The notes: generated by a model from the sequence alone, not told the origin. Shown: positions 24,179 through 37,645, counted from the first letter of the stretch. The stretch is 54,187 bases of DNA from Chiloscyllium plagiosum (GCF_004010195.1 NC_057716.1:10970064-11024250); one strand, 5' to 3'. Numbers and translations are program-made.

Positions 24179-24841
24179 TGGAGGGATATGGGCCGGGTGC
24201 TGGCAGGTGGGACTAGATTGGGTTGAGATATCTGGTCGGCATGGACAAGTTGGACCAAAGGGCTGCAGATCTCCATGACCCTATGACTCTCTAACATAGA
24301 AACAGGAGTCGGCCATTTAGCCAGTCAAGTTAGCGTCTGCCTGGCATTTAATGTTCAACACAACTGAGTTCTATCATAGACAAGGAGAGTCTTCCAGTGT
24401 ACTTCATCTGACAGCTCGTTGGGGCCTACAGAACTGACCATAGTTCATTACCCAGACAGCAGTCAGACAGAAGCCCTGACTGTGAGTGCTGAAATGAATG
24501 AATGATAATGAACAAGCTCCTGGACTGCGTGGGTACTGTACTGGTGATGGGTGATTTGCTGTCCACTAACAGATAGTGGCTCACACTTTGATGGTGTTGA
24601 AGTCCAGGACCCACCCACTTTCCAACATGGCCACTTGGTCCAATGATCGGCCCTGAGATGCTGCCTGCTCCAGTCTGGGAGCTGGGAACCTGTCCCTGCA
24701 TGCAACGTGTCCGTGCAGCAGCCTCTCAATGTTAGTTGTCAGTGCACGCGGCAATACAGGTCTGCAATACGTAAGCTGCAACTGGATTTAAGTGTCATGA
24801 TGACCGTGAGAAGCTGGAAAATGTCAGATGCTATTGTGCAT

Positions 24842-25034
24842 CGATTAAAGTGGTGCTGGAAAAGCAGAACAAGTCAGGTAGCATCCGAGGAGCAGGAAAA
24901 TCATTCCTAATGAACGGCTTTTGCCCGAAACATCAATTTTCCTGCTCCTCAGATACTGCCTGACCTGCTGTGCTTTTCCAGCACCACTCTAATCTAGACT
25001 CTGATTTCCATCATCTGCAGTCCTCACTTTTGCC
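24842..25034. mobile_element. Penelope-like hairpin element with 13-bp TSD
   Basis: TSD tgctattgt(g/c)cat at 24829-24841 and 25035-25047; empty site at 11541; truncated duplicate at about 23090-23200. Confidence 0.8.
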
Positions 25035-26247
25035 TGCTATTGTCCATAGATGAGGCATGCATGTGGTTAGGATCCTGACCTGAGATGCATAAGGTGCTGA
25101 GCAACGTGGAGGCTCCTCATAACCAGCAGTGAGCTGAAGTCACTGTGTGCCTGTTCTGACTTCCATGTCAAGAGTTCTCATTGTCCACTTTGTTTTCTGT
25201 GATTGTTAAGATAGGAAGCTGCATGTTAATGAGTTGAGTTGCAGTGTTATTGGGATGTGGAATTTTGTAGGGGTCTGAACAAAGGGCCTACGCTGAGAGT
25301 CATTGCAGAATCAGATGAGAATTCTGACGAGCTGTACCTCAGCATTGGGAGCACCTTGCTGTATCTTTTACATTTCTGCCAGGGCAATGAGGCAGAGATT
25401 TAGCTAGGCAACAGGGAATTGCTGATTGAGGAGGATTATTGTTTGGTAAACTCATCATTAACCTTGCAACCTGCCTCCTACATAATCCAATTCCTATCTT
25501 CTGAGATACAACCAACAAACTGGACATCGGGAATTATCAACATGAAGGTTAGATGGGGTACCTGGTGAGTTCAGCTCCCCACTTGCTCTGTAAGCCCTTC
25601 ATAGTACACCAGGCACCAACATCACAGGTCACCCTCAATGAGTACCTACCACAGGCTCTCTGCATCCATATCTACAGTCTTTGCTATCTCCTGACAATAG
25701 CATATGGTAAAATTCAGCTGGAACTGGACACGAGGAACATGATAGGGGCAGAGAAGGTTGTGAATGAGTCCCGTTTGATCCGATTCAACTACAAAATTTG
25801 CTTGATCGCCTAGTGAAAACACCTCTAATTTAATCAGTGAATCTGTCTTGAAATTATTTAATCAGTCTGTTACCATCTTAATAGTGAGATTTAGTTAAGA
25901 TCCTTAAAACAATCATAAATATAGATTCTGAAATCATTATAGATTCACTTATGGACAAAAAAAATCACTAAAAGCATGAGAGGAATGATTTAAATAAAAT
26001 AATGAGAGTGAACCAGTCTCAGACAGTAAAAGCAGCTCCTATATCATTACAGGGAGAATTGAGGCATAGTTACAGAAACTAGCAGACATTGGAATGTGGG
26101 TTGAATGAACATATTGTAAGACATCCATTGTAGTAAATGCAGAAAGAATGAAACTGCTCCCAACTTGTTAGCTAAAACATTCTAACATTAGGTGTAATCA
26201 CATAACTTTATCAGAACTGATATTATAACAATTGGTAAAAATCAAAA

Positions 26248-26652
26248 ATCATAGAATGCCTACAGTGTGGAAGCAGGCCACTTGACTCAAACATCAAATT
26301 TCCTGCTCCTCGGATGCTGCCTGACCTGCTGTGCTTTTCCAGCACCACTCTAATCTTGACTCTGATCTCCAACATCTGCAGTCCTCATTTTCAACGAGTC
26401 CACGCAAACCCTCCAAAGAATATCCCATCCAGACCAATTTCCCCTGACTAATGCACTTAAACTACACACCCTTGAACACTATGGGCAATTTAACATGGCC
26501 AATTCACCAAACCCACGTATTTTTGGACTGTGGGGAGGAATCCGGAGCACCTGGAGGAAACGCACGCAGATACGGGGAGAATGCGTAAACTCTGCACAGA
26601 CAATCACCTGAGGCTGGAATTGAACTTGGGTTCCTGTGAGCCCCTGTGCCAC
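26248..26652 (-). mobile_element. HE1-like SINE interrupted by a Penelope-like fragment (about 26288-26392)
   Basis: SINE tail and body separated by cctgctcctcggatgctgcc...ctgcagtcctca. Confidence 0.78.
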
Positions 26653-27579
26653 TCATATTTTTTGGCATTTCCTGTAATGAGTTTAATGAGGAATTTGAAA
26701 GGTCCTTAAGTGATAGGCAAGTATCCAATTAATTGGCCTTTAACACAGTGCAGCTGGCAAGTGTGTGAGAAGGAATGTACTTAAATACAGTGTCCATTGT
26801 GAAAAGCCCCAAGAAGGGCGATAAAAGAGTCTGGGAAATGAGACCATGGAGAACCATAACCTTGTCTATCTCTAGCCATGCAATCATATGATTAGCTTAA
26901 TTGGAAATGTATGCAATTAACTGATAATACGATTGGTTTGTAAATATTAAAGGTGGGATGAAATAAATGTATAAAAATATATGTTTTCCTTTGTTTGGTG
27001 AAGAACTCTTTGGATTTTAAGAGAGTTTCTTCTCACCGTTGTAATTACAACAAACTCTGACTTTGGAAGTGAACTTCTAGGTGTCGAGTGAATTGTTTGG
27101 TCATTCCACCCTAACACCCTCATTTGGCAACTCACAGCTGCCTAATGAGAAACTTTCCACACCACTCAAGAAGTGCATGAAAGATACAGTTCACAATGTT
27201 GAGATAGACCTAGCTGGACTTTTCATACAATTCTCCACAAATCCCACCTTAGCTCACATTACTCAAGCCCCCATATGTTTCTGCCCAATGAATACATGAA
27301 TACCTGGTATGACTTTTCCGCTCAGAACCTGAGGGAAGATTCTGATTGAAACCGTTCACACTTTTCAATAGAATAACCTCAGCTGGAAAACCATTGATTC
27401 TGCCCATCTGTAATATCCAGATACGTAAATCTAAACATGAATGTGAAAATCCTCAGTTACCTTAATGTTATTATTGATAATACATAAAGAAGTTTTTGAG
27501 CCTTGAGTTATTTCTGTTTCTTTCTGAAATCTGTGCAATGATACTGCAGGCTTCTGTTCAAATTGCCCCCACTTGATGA

Positions 27580-27885
27580 CAGGAGTAGCAAGGTGGCTCA
27601 GTGGTTAGCACTGCTGCCTCACAGTGCCAGAAACCCAGGTTTGATTCTAGCCTCAGGTGACTGTGTCAAGCTTGCACATTCTCTCTGTGTCTGCGTGGGT
27701 TTCGTACCACAGGCTAAAGATGTGCAGGTGAGGTGGATTGGCCATAGTGTGCAGACTAGGTGGATTAGCCATGGGGAATGCAAGGTTATAGGGAAGGGGA
27801 TGGATCTGAGTGGGTCACTTTTTGGATGGTTAGTGCGGATTTGATGGGCTGAATGGCCTGTTTCCCTACTGCGGAGATTCAATGA
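27580..27885 (+). mobile_element. HE1-like SINE
   Basis: ggtggctcagtggttagcactgctgcctcacag head; ggcctgtttccctactg tail. Confidence 0.85.
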
Positions 27886-29606
27886 CAGATAAAATAGGCA
27901 TTACTCCAGGCTGAGGTATTTTCTGTTTCTCCTTAAGTCAAAGGGGACATAATCATCTTGTCAGTGTTCTTGCAGAATCAGTGGAAGTACACTATTTTTA
28001 GAGAAGTTGGTAGAATTTTTTTAATTCAGTGAGTTTGGATGTTTTGAAGTAGGGGTATCTTTTATAAAACCCTCTGAACACAGCACCTCCTTCCAGTCAC
28101 AAAGGCTGTTGGTACAGTTTCCCTTGGTTAAAATAACAAATGGAGATGAAATGGAATTGGTAAAGTAGGCAAGGGAGAAAGAGGAGGAGAATTTTCAGCA
28201 GTAGGTCGTTCCAATGCTGATGGTGAGAAAGCTTCCATTCAAACCAGCAGCACAGGGATCAGTGGCTGTACTTCGACAAGAATGCTGCAGGCAAAGGTGA
28301 CAAGACCAGCACTTACAGGCTCTCCCTAGATTCCCTGAGAAGATTGTGGTTAGATACCTTCAAGAAATGTTTTGGTCCTGTATTGAATCACTGAACTACT
28401 TTTGAAGGTAGTAATGACTGGTGGATATGCTCCTAGTCAAACAGAAAACTCACCCACTGATTCTTCTCACTGAGTGAAATTAAAATAATGTTCATTCCAT
28501 GCATACTAAGCATCATCAGTCATTAAGCTTGAGCTTGCCGTTACATACTCCACTATTGTTGTTCCACTATCAATCTTTTAAAGAAAACCAGGACTACATT
28601 CTGATCTTATTTCTCTGAAACATTCAATGATTAATTAAAATGAGGGCCCTGCAGCCCTGGAATTTCAAAGTGGATTACTTAGCTATCTCACTGATCAGAG
28701 AATCTGGAGTAAAATCAAAATAACTGGGATATGTCAGTGTCAAATTGGATCATAGATTCAAAAGTGATTTCTTAAGTAGTCACCGCCAGGACGATCTCCC
28801 AGGAGGGTGCCCTGACAAGTAACAAGTGGTCAGGATCCATAAATAATGCTGTCACCTGCTCATAGCCCAAGAAAAGATCATTTTGCCTTTGAGTCTCAAA
28901 TATCTTCTTTTGCTATTTTATTAATAATATGACAGATATAGTATTTAGCTAAAACACCTAATATATTTCTAATTACTGATTGAACTAATTGAAATTCATA
29001 CAATGGTGGTAAATTTTTATACAATCTTTTAAAATTAACTTTAAAAATGATGAGAAATTTAGACTTTGGATTAGTCTTTGAAAGCTCTAGTCATTTGAAC
29101 TCTTTTTAGCTGATCGGTTAAACATTGTTTCCTGGAATTAGACAATTTTTAAATTAGAAAGATTTGAAAGTCATTTTCACAGCAAATGAGATGGTCAAAA
29201 TATTACTATCAGAAAGCTAATCTATCAGCAATTATTTCATTATTAACTGTATGGTAACGATCTAGATTGCAATGAAAACTTGAATTAGTTTTTGTAAGCT
29301 ATATCTAGTAGGTAAACCTATGGTTAAAAAAAAACATACTGCAACAGTTTTTAAACTGAGCTGTTAAGATTATAAGTGTTTAACTATATAAAAACACATT
29401 GAAATACTTTCATTAGACTCAGCAAAGTTGCGAATTGAACTTGTGTGTTTCGGATGACACCAAAAGCTCTGTGGAATCTCATCCTCTCATTTTCTTTTTG
29501 TCATAGAACAATAAAAGTGAATGCAGGCAAAATGAATAGAATGAATGACATATTTGTTACTTGAATGCTGGTGTTTCTCTGCAATGTATATCACATGCCT
29601 TTGCTC

Positions 29607-29685
29607 CATTTTGCTGAGATACAGTTCTCTCATTCACATAACAAAAGTGTTCTCTACCATGGCCTTTCACTATAGAGTATAAATA
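29607..29685 (+). promoter_or_regulatory. g4 promoter: half-MARE TTTTGCTGA (to 29617), SOX-like ATAACAAAAG (29638-29647), TATA (29678-29685)
   Basis: Same order and spacing as g2 and g3. Confidence 0.75.
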
Positions 29686-29742
29686 CCAAGCTGCACATTG
29701 CAATAACATATCCAGTCGGCTGAATCCAACCGTGAAGTCAAA

Positions 29743-29751
29743 ATGGGAAAG
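29743..29751 (+). CDS. cryg: g4 exon 1 coding part (MGK)
   Basis: caaaATGGGAAAG|gttgag. Confidence 0.9.
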
Positions 29752-32413
29752 GTTGAGCTGTCCACTGTATTTTGTAAACTATTCTAACTCAAAACTGTTC
29801 AAATTATTATTTACTTTCTACTGTTTTCTCATCTTCAGATCATCTTTTACGAGGACAGGAACTTCCAGGGGCGGCACTATGAGTGCAGCAGTGACTGTGG
29901 CGACCTGTCCCCTTACTTCAGCCGCTGTAACTCTATCCGTGTTGACAGTGACTGGTGGGTGGTGTATGAGAAACCCAATTACATGGGATACCAGTATGTT
30001 CTGACCAGGGGAGAGTATCCTGACTACCAGCGCTGGATGGGATTCAATGACAACATCAAGTCATGTCGTACCTACCCATATGTAAGTTTTATAGCATTTA
30101 TAGTTTTACCAGATATTAATTATTTTCTTGTATAGCTTATATTGTGAAGGCATCAATAGACATTTGTCACTAGCTATCCTTTAAGATACTTCTTTTCTAA
30201 TTCGTTCATTATTTTTCAATCACATATTTAACAGGCTACTGACAATGTATGTCTCCAAGGATGAATTCAGGATTAAAAAGTGAGCTTTATATTGTTGCTG
30301 AATTATACAATTATGTTTAAGAAAGAGAATAGGTGAGCATACTGAATAATCAATGTGAAGCAACCTCTGATTAATATGTTAGTGTCTGGGTACAGGCTTG
30401 TTTGTCACAAATGATGTTTAATTGTCATTTTAACAGTTTATCCCTGTCACTAGTAGAGGTGGAATTGATGTAGTGTAGTAAAGTCTTTAATGCAGGTGGA
30501 TGGCTGAACCCAAGGTGTTCCATCTATGTCTTTGTGGGAGGGATGGTCCACAGAACCCAAACAGTTGTTCTATGTATGCTGACATTTTATATGCTGGCTC
30601 ATCCTAGACAGATTTTGCAAGATTTGAGGTCTCTAAAGGATAGTTCCTACTGCTGTTTATCCCCTGACAGATTATCTTAAATTGGAACTTCATATTTGTT
30701 AGTGCTGCTGAGTTGAGAGATGGAATTAAGATAATCATTGATATAAACTAGCTCCTTTTCTTTTATTCATCTACTTCTCAGTTGGATCTGTGCCTTTGTG
30801 CATGCCTTTCACCTAGAACCCGCGCTCTTATGTCTCAAATATACTTGATTTAACTGGGGTTTCTTGAACTTGTTAGTTACTAAAAGTGGAAATAATTTAC
30901 AATGCAACACACAAAATAGAAATAAGAGGTGAATCTGAAAGGATAATTATTAAACAACAGGGACATGCATATCAGATTCTGGGTTGTTCACAAGGAGTGG
31001 AAAGTTGAAGATTGTGATCATTGCAGTGGACGTTACCGGTAGTGTAGATGTTGGCAATTGACCAGACAATTTTGAGATTCTTGTTTTTGTAAGCTGATAG
31101 AAGTTCCCTTCTCCTGATTCCCTTTTTAACGGGTTTGCAACATGCAGAACGTCAGAGGGTCCTCTTTTATCTGTAACACAGGAATAATTTGGACATAGTT
31201 GTTCCACAGTAATCCTCACAGCATGCTAATGCACAATCCCAGAATGGTACACTTGAGAGTGTTCAGTGCAACCAGTCCACTTCAGTTGGGTTGAAACTGG
31301 CCTTTTAGTTTTATCCTGGAAAGTGAAATAAACAGGTCTGCAAGAGTGGCTCTCTTCTGAGAGAGGAGAAATAGTTGGCTGCCTCGTTATCTCTTTTCAT
31401 TAAGTCATTCTCTGTTTAAAATTCCTTGACAATTTATATGCGTGATTCTCCATCAGGAATAGATTAGGTTAGGATATCTGGTCAGCATGGATGAGTTGGA
31501 CTAAAGAATCTGTTTTCATGCTGTACATCTCTATGACTTTATGACTTCACACACAACTCTGCCAAACAATCGCTGAATTTATATCTGCAGTTTTTCTGTA
31601 GCATCCCTATACCCCTGCATTTGCTATGGCTAACCCACCGAGCCTCCACATCCCTGAACAATATGGGCGATTTAGCATAGCCAATCCACCTAATGCTTAA
31701 AAACAGTACATTTTGAACTTAAAAGTAAAAAAAATTTGCAATTACTTCAGGGTGCCAATCCATTGTCACAATACACCACAACTAATGCCTTGTTCATAAT
31801 GACTTTAGATACCTAAAGTATGGTTGTTTCTTAAATGCTGCTGTGAACCATAGTGCAAAGACACTTGCTTGTATTTAAGAAAACCATTTAGCAATACCTT
31901 CTCAAAGGTAATTGGATTGGGTATTAAATGTTGCTCTACTAATAATCCCCTCATCCTATGAATAAATAAAAGTTAAAAGCTGGAATTTGTAATTTGATCA
32001 AACATTCCAAGTATGTTAAGAGGTTGTTTATACTTTTCTTTAGTAGTTCAAATCCTAATTTGGTTTGTGATTTTATTACAACCATGTGTTGACTTCAGCA
32101 ATCTGTTTTCCTCAATATGTCATATTTACTTTAACAGTACAGGGGTGATTCCTATAAAATGAAGATTTATGAGAGGCCTGACTTTGGAGGACAGATGATG
32201 GAATTCATGGATGACTGTCCATCTGTCTACGATCGTTTCCGTTACCGTGACATCCACTCCTGCCATGTGATGGACGGTTACTGGATCTTCTATGAACATC
32301 CTGACTACAGAGGGCGCCAGTACTTCATGAGACCTGGTGAATACAGGAGATTCAGTGACTGGGGAGCAACCTGTTCAACTATTGGATCTTTCAGGCGAAT
32401 GAGAGATTTCTAA
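29743..32413 (+). CDS. cryg: Gamma-crystallin gene g4, intact, 175 aa, most divergent protein; join(29743-29751, 29839-30081, 32138-32413)
   Basis: MGK / IIFYEDR...[13 protein letters not shown] / [16 protein letters not shown]...[17 protein letters not shown]; GT-AG introns. Confidence 0.96.
29839..30081 (+). CDS. cryg: g4 exon 2
   Basis: atcttcag|ATC ... TAT|gtaagt; 243 nt. Confidence 0.96.
31455..31695. mobile_element. CR1 3' tail (+, about 31455-31548) and SINE fragment (-, about 31600-31695) in g4 intron 2
   Basis: ggatatctggtcagcatggatgagttgg...ctatgactttatgact; tggctaacccacc...ccaatccacctaa. Confidence 0.7.
32138..32413 (+). CDS. cryg: g4 exon 3
   Basis: ttaacag|TAC AGG GGT ... TAA; 276 nt. 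Confidence 0.96.
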   Translation, partial: YRGDSYKMKIYERPDFGGQMMEFMDDCPSVYDRFRYRDIHSCHVMDGYWIFYEHPDYRGRQYFMRPGEYRRFSDWGATCSTIGSFRRMRDF

Positions 32414-32462
32414 ATTGCTGCTGAAAAGAATAATATTGCTTTGCTGATATATTATTGAGCAG

Positions 32463-32468
32463 AATAAA
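32463..32468 (+). terminator. g4 polyadenylation signal
   Basis: AATAAA 50 nt after the stop. Confidence 0.75.
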
Positions 32469-32694
32469 AATCTTTCATTGCAACTTCATCTTTTTCATTT
32501 GTTTACTATCATAGAATTTTATAAGACAATAATTACATTATTATGATTACACAAAAAGTTAATACTTTATACTCTAATGTGGCTTGAAGGATGTTTGATT
32601 GAATAGTTGCTTACATAAATCCAATTTTTCCCTTCACATTAGGAAAGAACCATGACTGTAACATTATCTTCACTTTGGAAACAATACTTTTTAT

Positions 32695-33085
32695 AGGAAC
32701 ATGGGACATAGGAGTATCAGTAGGCCATTCAACCCCTTGAGATTGCTCTGACAAACTAGACCATGGTTTATCACCTATCTGGAATTATATTCACCCATTG
32801 TCATCTCCATATCTTTTAATTTTATTACTAACTAATGATCCATCAGTTTCTGTCTTGAACTTACTTAAAGACTGAACCTCCACAACCTTCTTGGGTAGAG
32901 AATTCCAAACATTCACCATTCTTGCAATGAAATTGTTTTTCTCAACTCAATCCTGAATGGTTTGCTTTTTTTCTTCCAAGGCTTCCTCCTTGCTTTTAGA
33001 CAGCCACAGCCAGAGGAAACTTCATTTCTGCATCTCCCCTGACAAGCTCTTTAAGAATGTTGTACTTGTCTATGAGAACATCTTT
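32695..33085 (-). mobile_element. Old CR1-type 3' fragment, paralogous to about 43305-43690
   Basis: gtaggccattcaaccccttgag...gtagagaattccaaacattcacc. Confidence 0.65.
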
Positions 33086-33348
33086 CTTTGCTCCTGTACT
33101 CAAATTGCCTTGCAATAAAAACTAATATGTCACATATCTTCTATAAAACCTGCTGCACTGACTTGTGTGGTCAAGCAGCCATGGGCCCAAAATTGAACAA
33201 TCAAAATTGACTCACGGTCAGAGAAACCAGGACTAACAGAACATGGGCCAAACTCAATTGAACACCAGCATGCAGCTAACAGCAACAAAGAACAGTGGCA
33301 ACCCAGGTCAAAAAGGTGACAAACGCTTGGGAGGATCCAGTTGCAGTC

Positions 33349-33437
33349 AAGAGTGTGGTGCTGGAAAGGCACAGCAGGTCTGGCAGTATCTGAGTAGCAG
33401 GAGAATTGACACTTTGGGCAAGAACCCTTCATCAGGA
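33349..33437 (-). mobile_element. Penelope-like fragment, single arm
   Basis: gtgtggtgctggaaaggcacagcagg...cccttcatcagg. Confidence 0.7.
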
Positions 33438-33929
33438 AAGCCTGAGAGGTGTGTATTGGAGAGGTATTAAGCAGACTTTCTGACACCTTGACTTCCAACT
33501 AGTGCTTGAGGTTATTCACACCTCCTCAGCATGGCAACAGCAGGACCCCAATGAGTGCTTTGAAGCCATATCATGACCCCATTGGCTGAAGGCGACAGAA
33601 CATTCTGGAACGTCTGGGATGAGGTGAATAAAAACACACAGTCCTTAAAACCACTGTCTCAGTGAAGACTTGCAGAAGACCATACACCAACCCAGAAGAC
33701 CCAGGAGAAGACCCTCCCTGACCTGCGAGACCCACCTTCATGAAAGAGAGCCAGCCCTATGTCAGACAGGAACGAGATTCTAACAGCCCAGCTCAAACAT
33801 GGGGATCATTCTATGTAATATTCTTTCTCAGACAGATAGAACTGAATAGAGAGTAAGCATTCGAGGAATTTTATATTTAAGTACACCGAAGTACTTTAAT
33901 AAGGAATATTTAATTAAGAAAATCGAATT

Positions 33930-34530
33930 GAATCACAAAGCAAATTCTGTCTCCCTCACCGGTAAGAGTGCTTGCATGAAGTGTTTTTAACACAGCACAT
34001 AAACTGGTCAAAGTGTCCAAAAGCACAGACATATTCATGAACAAGGACACCAAAGTCCCTTTCCAATCTCTCTCATCATTTAAGAAATATTCTGTACCTT
34101 TGTTCCTTTGACCAAGGTGGATATTCTCACATTAGCCACATTATAATCCATATGTCAGGCTTTGCCAACTCACTAAGTCTATTTGGCTTTGAATCCTGTT
34201 TGCATCCTCCTCATGACCCACATTCTCATCAAGTCTCGCATCTTCTGCAAACTTGGAAACATCATATCTGGCATCAACATAAAAATCGTTGGCATAGATT
34301 TTGAGCAGCTGGGGCCTAAGCACTGATCCTTGGCTACCCCATTGGTGATGATTTCCCTTCGTTAATCCATGTTGACTGTCCAGACAATGTTTTCTAAATA
34401 TCCAGTAATCACATTCTTTGTGAAGGATTCCAGTAGTTTTCCTACTAGTGATGTCAGATGAATAGCCAGCAGCTCTCTCTCCTCCTGTTCTGAAACATTG
34501 GGATTACATTTTCAATGATGTGTTCTGCAG
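33930..34530 (-). mobile_element. Degenerate CR1 RT fragment, paralogous to about 44790-45495
   Basis: ORF 34141..34323 PQLLKIYAND...VSKFAEDARL. Confidence 0.75.
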
Positions 34531-34545
34531 GCACTGTTCAATGTG

Positions 34546-34670
34546 GATGATTGGGGATGCCAGTGTTGGACTGGGGTGTACAAAGTTAAAATCACACAAT
34601 ACCAGGTTATAGCCCAACAGGTTTATTTGGAAGCAATAGCTTTGGGAGCACTGCTCGTTCATCAGGTGGC
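34546..34670 (-). mobile_element. Second Penelope-like family fragment
   Basis: gtgttggactggggtgtacaaagttaaaatcacac...ttcatcaggtgg; related to 35590-35748. Confidence 0.65.
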
Positions 34671-34813
34671 CTGTCAAAGGATACAGCAGGATATAGATCA
34701 GTTGCAGATATGGGCAGAGAAATGGCAGATGGAGTTTAATCCAGTTAAATTTGAGGTTCTCGACTTTGGGAGATTAAATGTTAAGAAAAAGTATACAGTT
34801 AATGACAGGCTCC

Positions 34814-36051
34814 TGTGAGATATTGTTTTATAGGTACCTTTACCAACTCACCAGGTTGCTATATTCCTTAATATCACATTCCCATTCATTCATCCATAAT
34901 TCTTTACTAGCTCGCTATATTTACTAATTCCACATTCCCATTCATTCATTCATAACCCTTTACTAACCCATTGTTTACTATAGTGCATTTTCATTAATTC
35001 ATTCATAAAACCGCATTTTCATAGTGCGTTTTACTGTTACAAGGTGGACTAAATTAATACATTTCTTCCAAACCCATTCCTGCTCCTTCACACCTTTAAT
35101 CCTTATCAGACCTATTTGCATCAAAAGTTACCTCTGAATAAATATCAAAGACTACTTAACCTATTCAGAAACAATACCCCCACTGCCACTGTGCCTCCAT
35201 GACTCACCCAAAACTATGGAAAGCTTCTAATATTAATCACCCCTTACCAATCATCTCTCAGGACCTGAATAGATTGCAGAACATCAAACGGTTTCCCCAA
35301 CTAGTATGTATTTGTTAAATACATTAAACAGGACTACTATCCCCTTTACCAACAAAACAGTGCTTCCATAAAACTGCACGAATGAATGAGAACTGTCAAA
35401 ACTGGCAAATACTAAATAAAATCTCATGATCCCAACTGTGATAATCAGTTTAATATCCTTTATTCTTTTATTAAGTGCATGTATAATTTCTAACCTGTTT
35501 AGAGCATATAGGCCCAGTACTTTTACTAGCATTTACTAACTTAAAAGGTAAAAGGACTAACATCTCTTAATTATGCAAGTTCTGACCAGACAAAGTTAAA
35601 ATTCACACAACACCAGATTATAAACCAACAGGTTTATTTGGAAGCACTAGCTTTTGGAGTGCTGCTCCTTCATCAGGTGGCTGTGGACACTGGTATGTGT
35701 GATTTTTAACTTTGCGTACCTCAGTCCAACACCGGCCCCTCCGAATCAAGTCTGACTGGACAGGCATTCTAATCCCATCAGAAGTAACAGCCACCATTTA
35801 ACAAATGTTTAAACCATCTTTTTTATCCCTAGGACAGAAGTCATGAAAAACCTTGTATACAATAGATAAAACAATGTAACGCCATAATGATAGAATTTTA
35901 ATAGATATATGAGCGGTGTTTAAAGAAGCCACTGTAAGAACTGTATTTCAGGATTCCATCGCCTCCTCAGACTGTGCTACTGCTGTTGCTGAATAAAGGG
36001 GCTATTTTCACCACGTACCAATTTTGATCGCAGTTTGAACACAATCCCACA
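34814..36051 (+). mobile_element. Probable solo LTR inserted into a CR1 fragment
   Basis: TGTGAGAT...ATCCCACA termini; AATAAA at 35992; CR1 sequence resumes after 36051. Confidence 0.6.
35590..35748. mobile_element. Penelope-like inverted fragment nested in the LTR-like element
   Basis: caaagttaaaattcacac mirrored by gtgtgatttttaactttg; CTGATGAAGGAG...CTCC core on the minus strand; degenerate TSD tctgacYRgaca. Confidence 0.65.
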
Positions 36052-36065
36052 AACCTGAACAGCAC

Positions 36066-37645
36066 TCATAGAACATAGAACAATACAGCACAGAACAGGC
36101 CCTTCAGCCCTCAATGTTTTGTCAATCTGTGAACTATTCTCAGCTCATCCCCCTACACTATCCATCATCATCCATGTACTTATCCAAGGATTGTTTAAAT
36201 CTCCCTAATGTGGCTGATTTAATTATGTTGACAGGTAGGACATTCCATGCCCTTACCACTCTCTAGGTAAAGAACCTGCCTCTGACATCTGTCTTAAACC
36301 TATCACCTCTCAATTTGTAGTTATGCCCCCTCGTACAAGCTGACGTTATCATCCTAGGAAAAAGACTTTCATTGTCTACCCTATCTGATCCTCTAATTAT
36401 CTTGTATGTGTCTATCTAATCCCCGCTTAGCCTTCTTCTTTCCAATGAGAACAGACCCAAGTCTCTCAGCCTTTCCTCATAAGACTTTCCCTCCAGACCA
36501 GGCAACATCTTGGTAAATCTCCTCTGCACCTTTTCCAATGCTGCCACATTTTCCTGTATTGGTCCAACCAGAACTGTACACAATATTCCAAGTGTGACCG
36601 CACTAGCGTTTTGTATAGCTGCATCATGATATTGCGGCCCCGGAACTCAATCTCTCTACCGAAGAAACCTAACACACCTCATGCCTTCTTAACAGCACTA
36701 TCAGCCTGGGTGGCAACTTTCAGGGATCTATGTACATGGACTCCAAGATCCTTCTGCACATCCACACTACCAAGAATCTTTCCATTGACCCAATACTCGG
36801 CCTTCCCAAAGTGCATCACCTCACATTTAGCTGCATTAAACTCGATTTGCCACCCCTCAGCCCAATTCAGCAGTTTATCCAAGTCCCCCTGCAACCTGTA
36901 CCATTCTTCCAAACTGTCCGCTACTCCACCAACTTTAGTGCCATCTGCAAATTTACTAATCCATTCACCTATGCCTGCGTCTAAGTCATTTATGAAAATG
37001 ACAGACAGCAGTGGTCCCAAAACAGATCCTTGTGGCACACCACTAGTAACCAGACTCCAGGCTGAATATTTTCCATCATCTACCACTTGCTGCCTTCTTT
37101 CAGAAAGCCAGTTTCTAATCCAAACTGCTAAATCACCCTCAATTCCATGCCTCTGCATTTTCTCCAACAGCCTACCATGTGGAACCTTATCAAAAGCTTT
37201 TCTGAAGTCCATGTATACCACGTCAACTGTTCTACCCTCATCTACATGCTTGGTCACCCTCTCAAAAAAATTCAAAGAGGTTTGTGAGACACAACCTACC
37301 CTTGACAAAACCATGTTGACTATCTGAAATCAAATTGTTGTTTGCTAGATGATTATAAATCTTATCTCTTATAATCCTTTCCAAAACCTTTCCTACAACA
37401 AAAGTAAGGCTCACTGGTCTATAATTACCTGGTTCATTTCCACTTCCCTTCTTGAACAAGGACACAACATTCGCAATCCTCCAGTTCTCTGGTACTAAAC
37501 CTGTAGACAATGAACGACTCAAATATCAAAGCCAAAGGCTCTGCTATCTCCTCCCTAGCTTCCCAGAGAATCCTCGGATAAATCCCATCGGCCCAGGGGA
37601 CTTGTCTACTTTCACTCCTTCTAGAATTGATAACACCTGTTCTTA
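36066..37645 (-). mobile_element. Relatively young 5'-truncated CR1 LINE with frameshifted RT domain
   Basis: ORFs 37262..37522, 36679..37314 (YMDFRKAFDKVPH, SGVPQGSVLGP, FADGTK) and 36466..36675; (TTCTATG) tail. Confidence 0.93.

Larger units (their letters stand above)
21425..24953. repeat. Near-identical ~1.75 kb tandem duplication (21425-23200, 23201-24953)
   Basis: Paired identical ORFs offset by 1776 nt (21436..21642 and 23212..23418); junction cctcaga|atggtaagg. Confidence 0.95.

Noticed and set aside
32141-32149. RGD motif in the g4 linker
   Set aside because: Crystallins are cytosolic and lack a signal peptide; likely chance.
36611-37327. 238-aa plus-strand ORF
   Set aside because: Antisense shadow of the CR1 RT domain.
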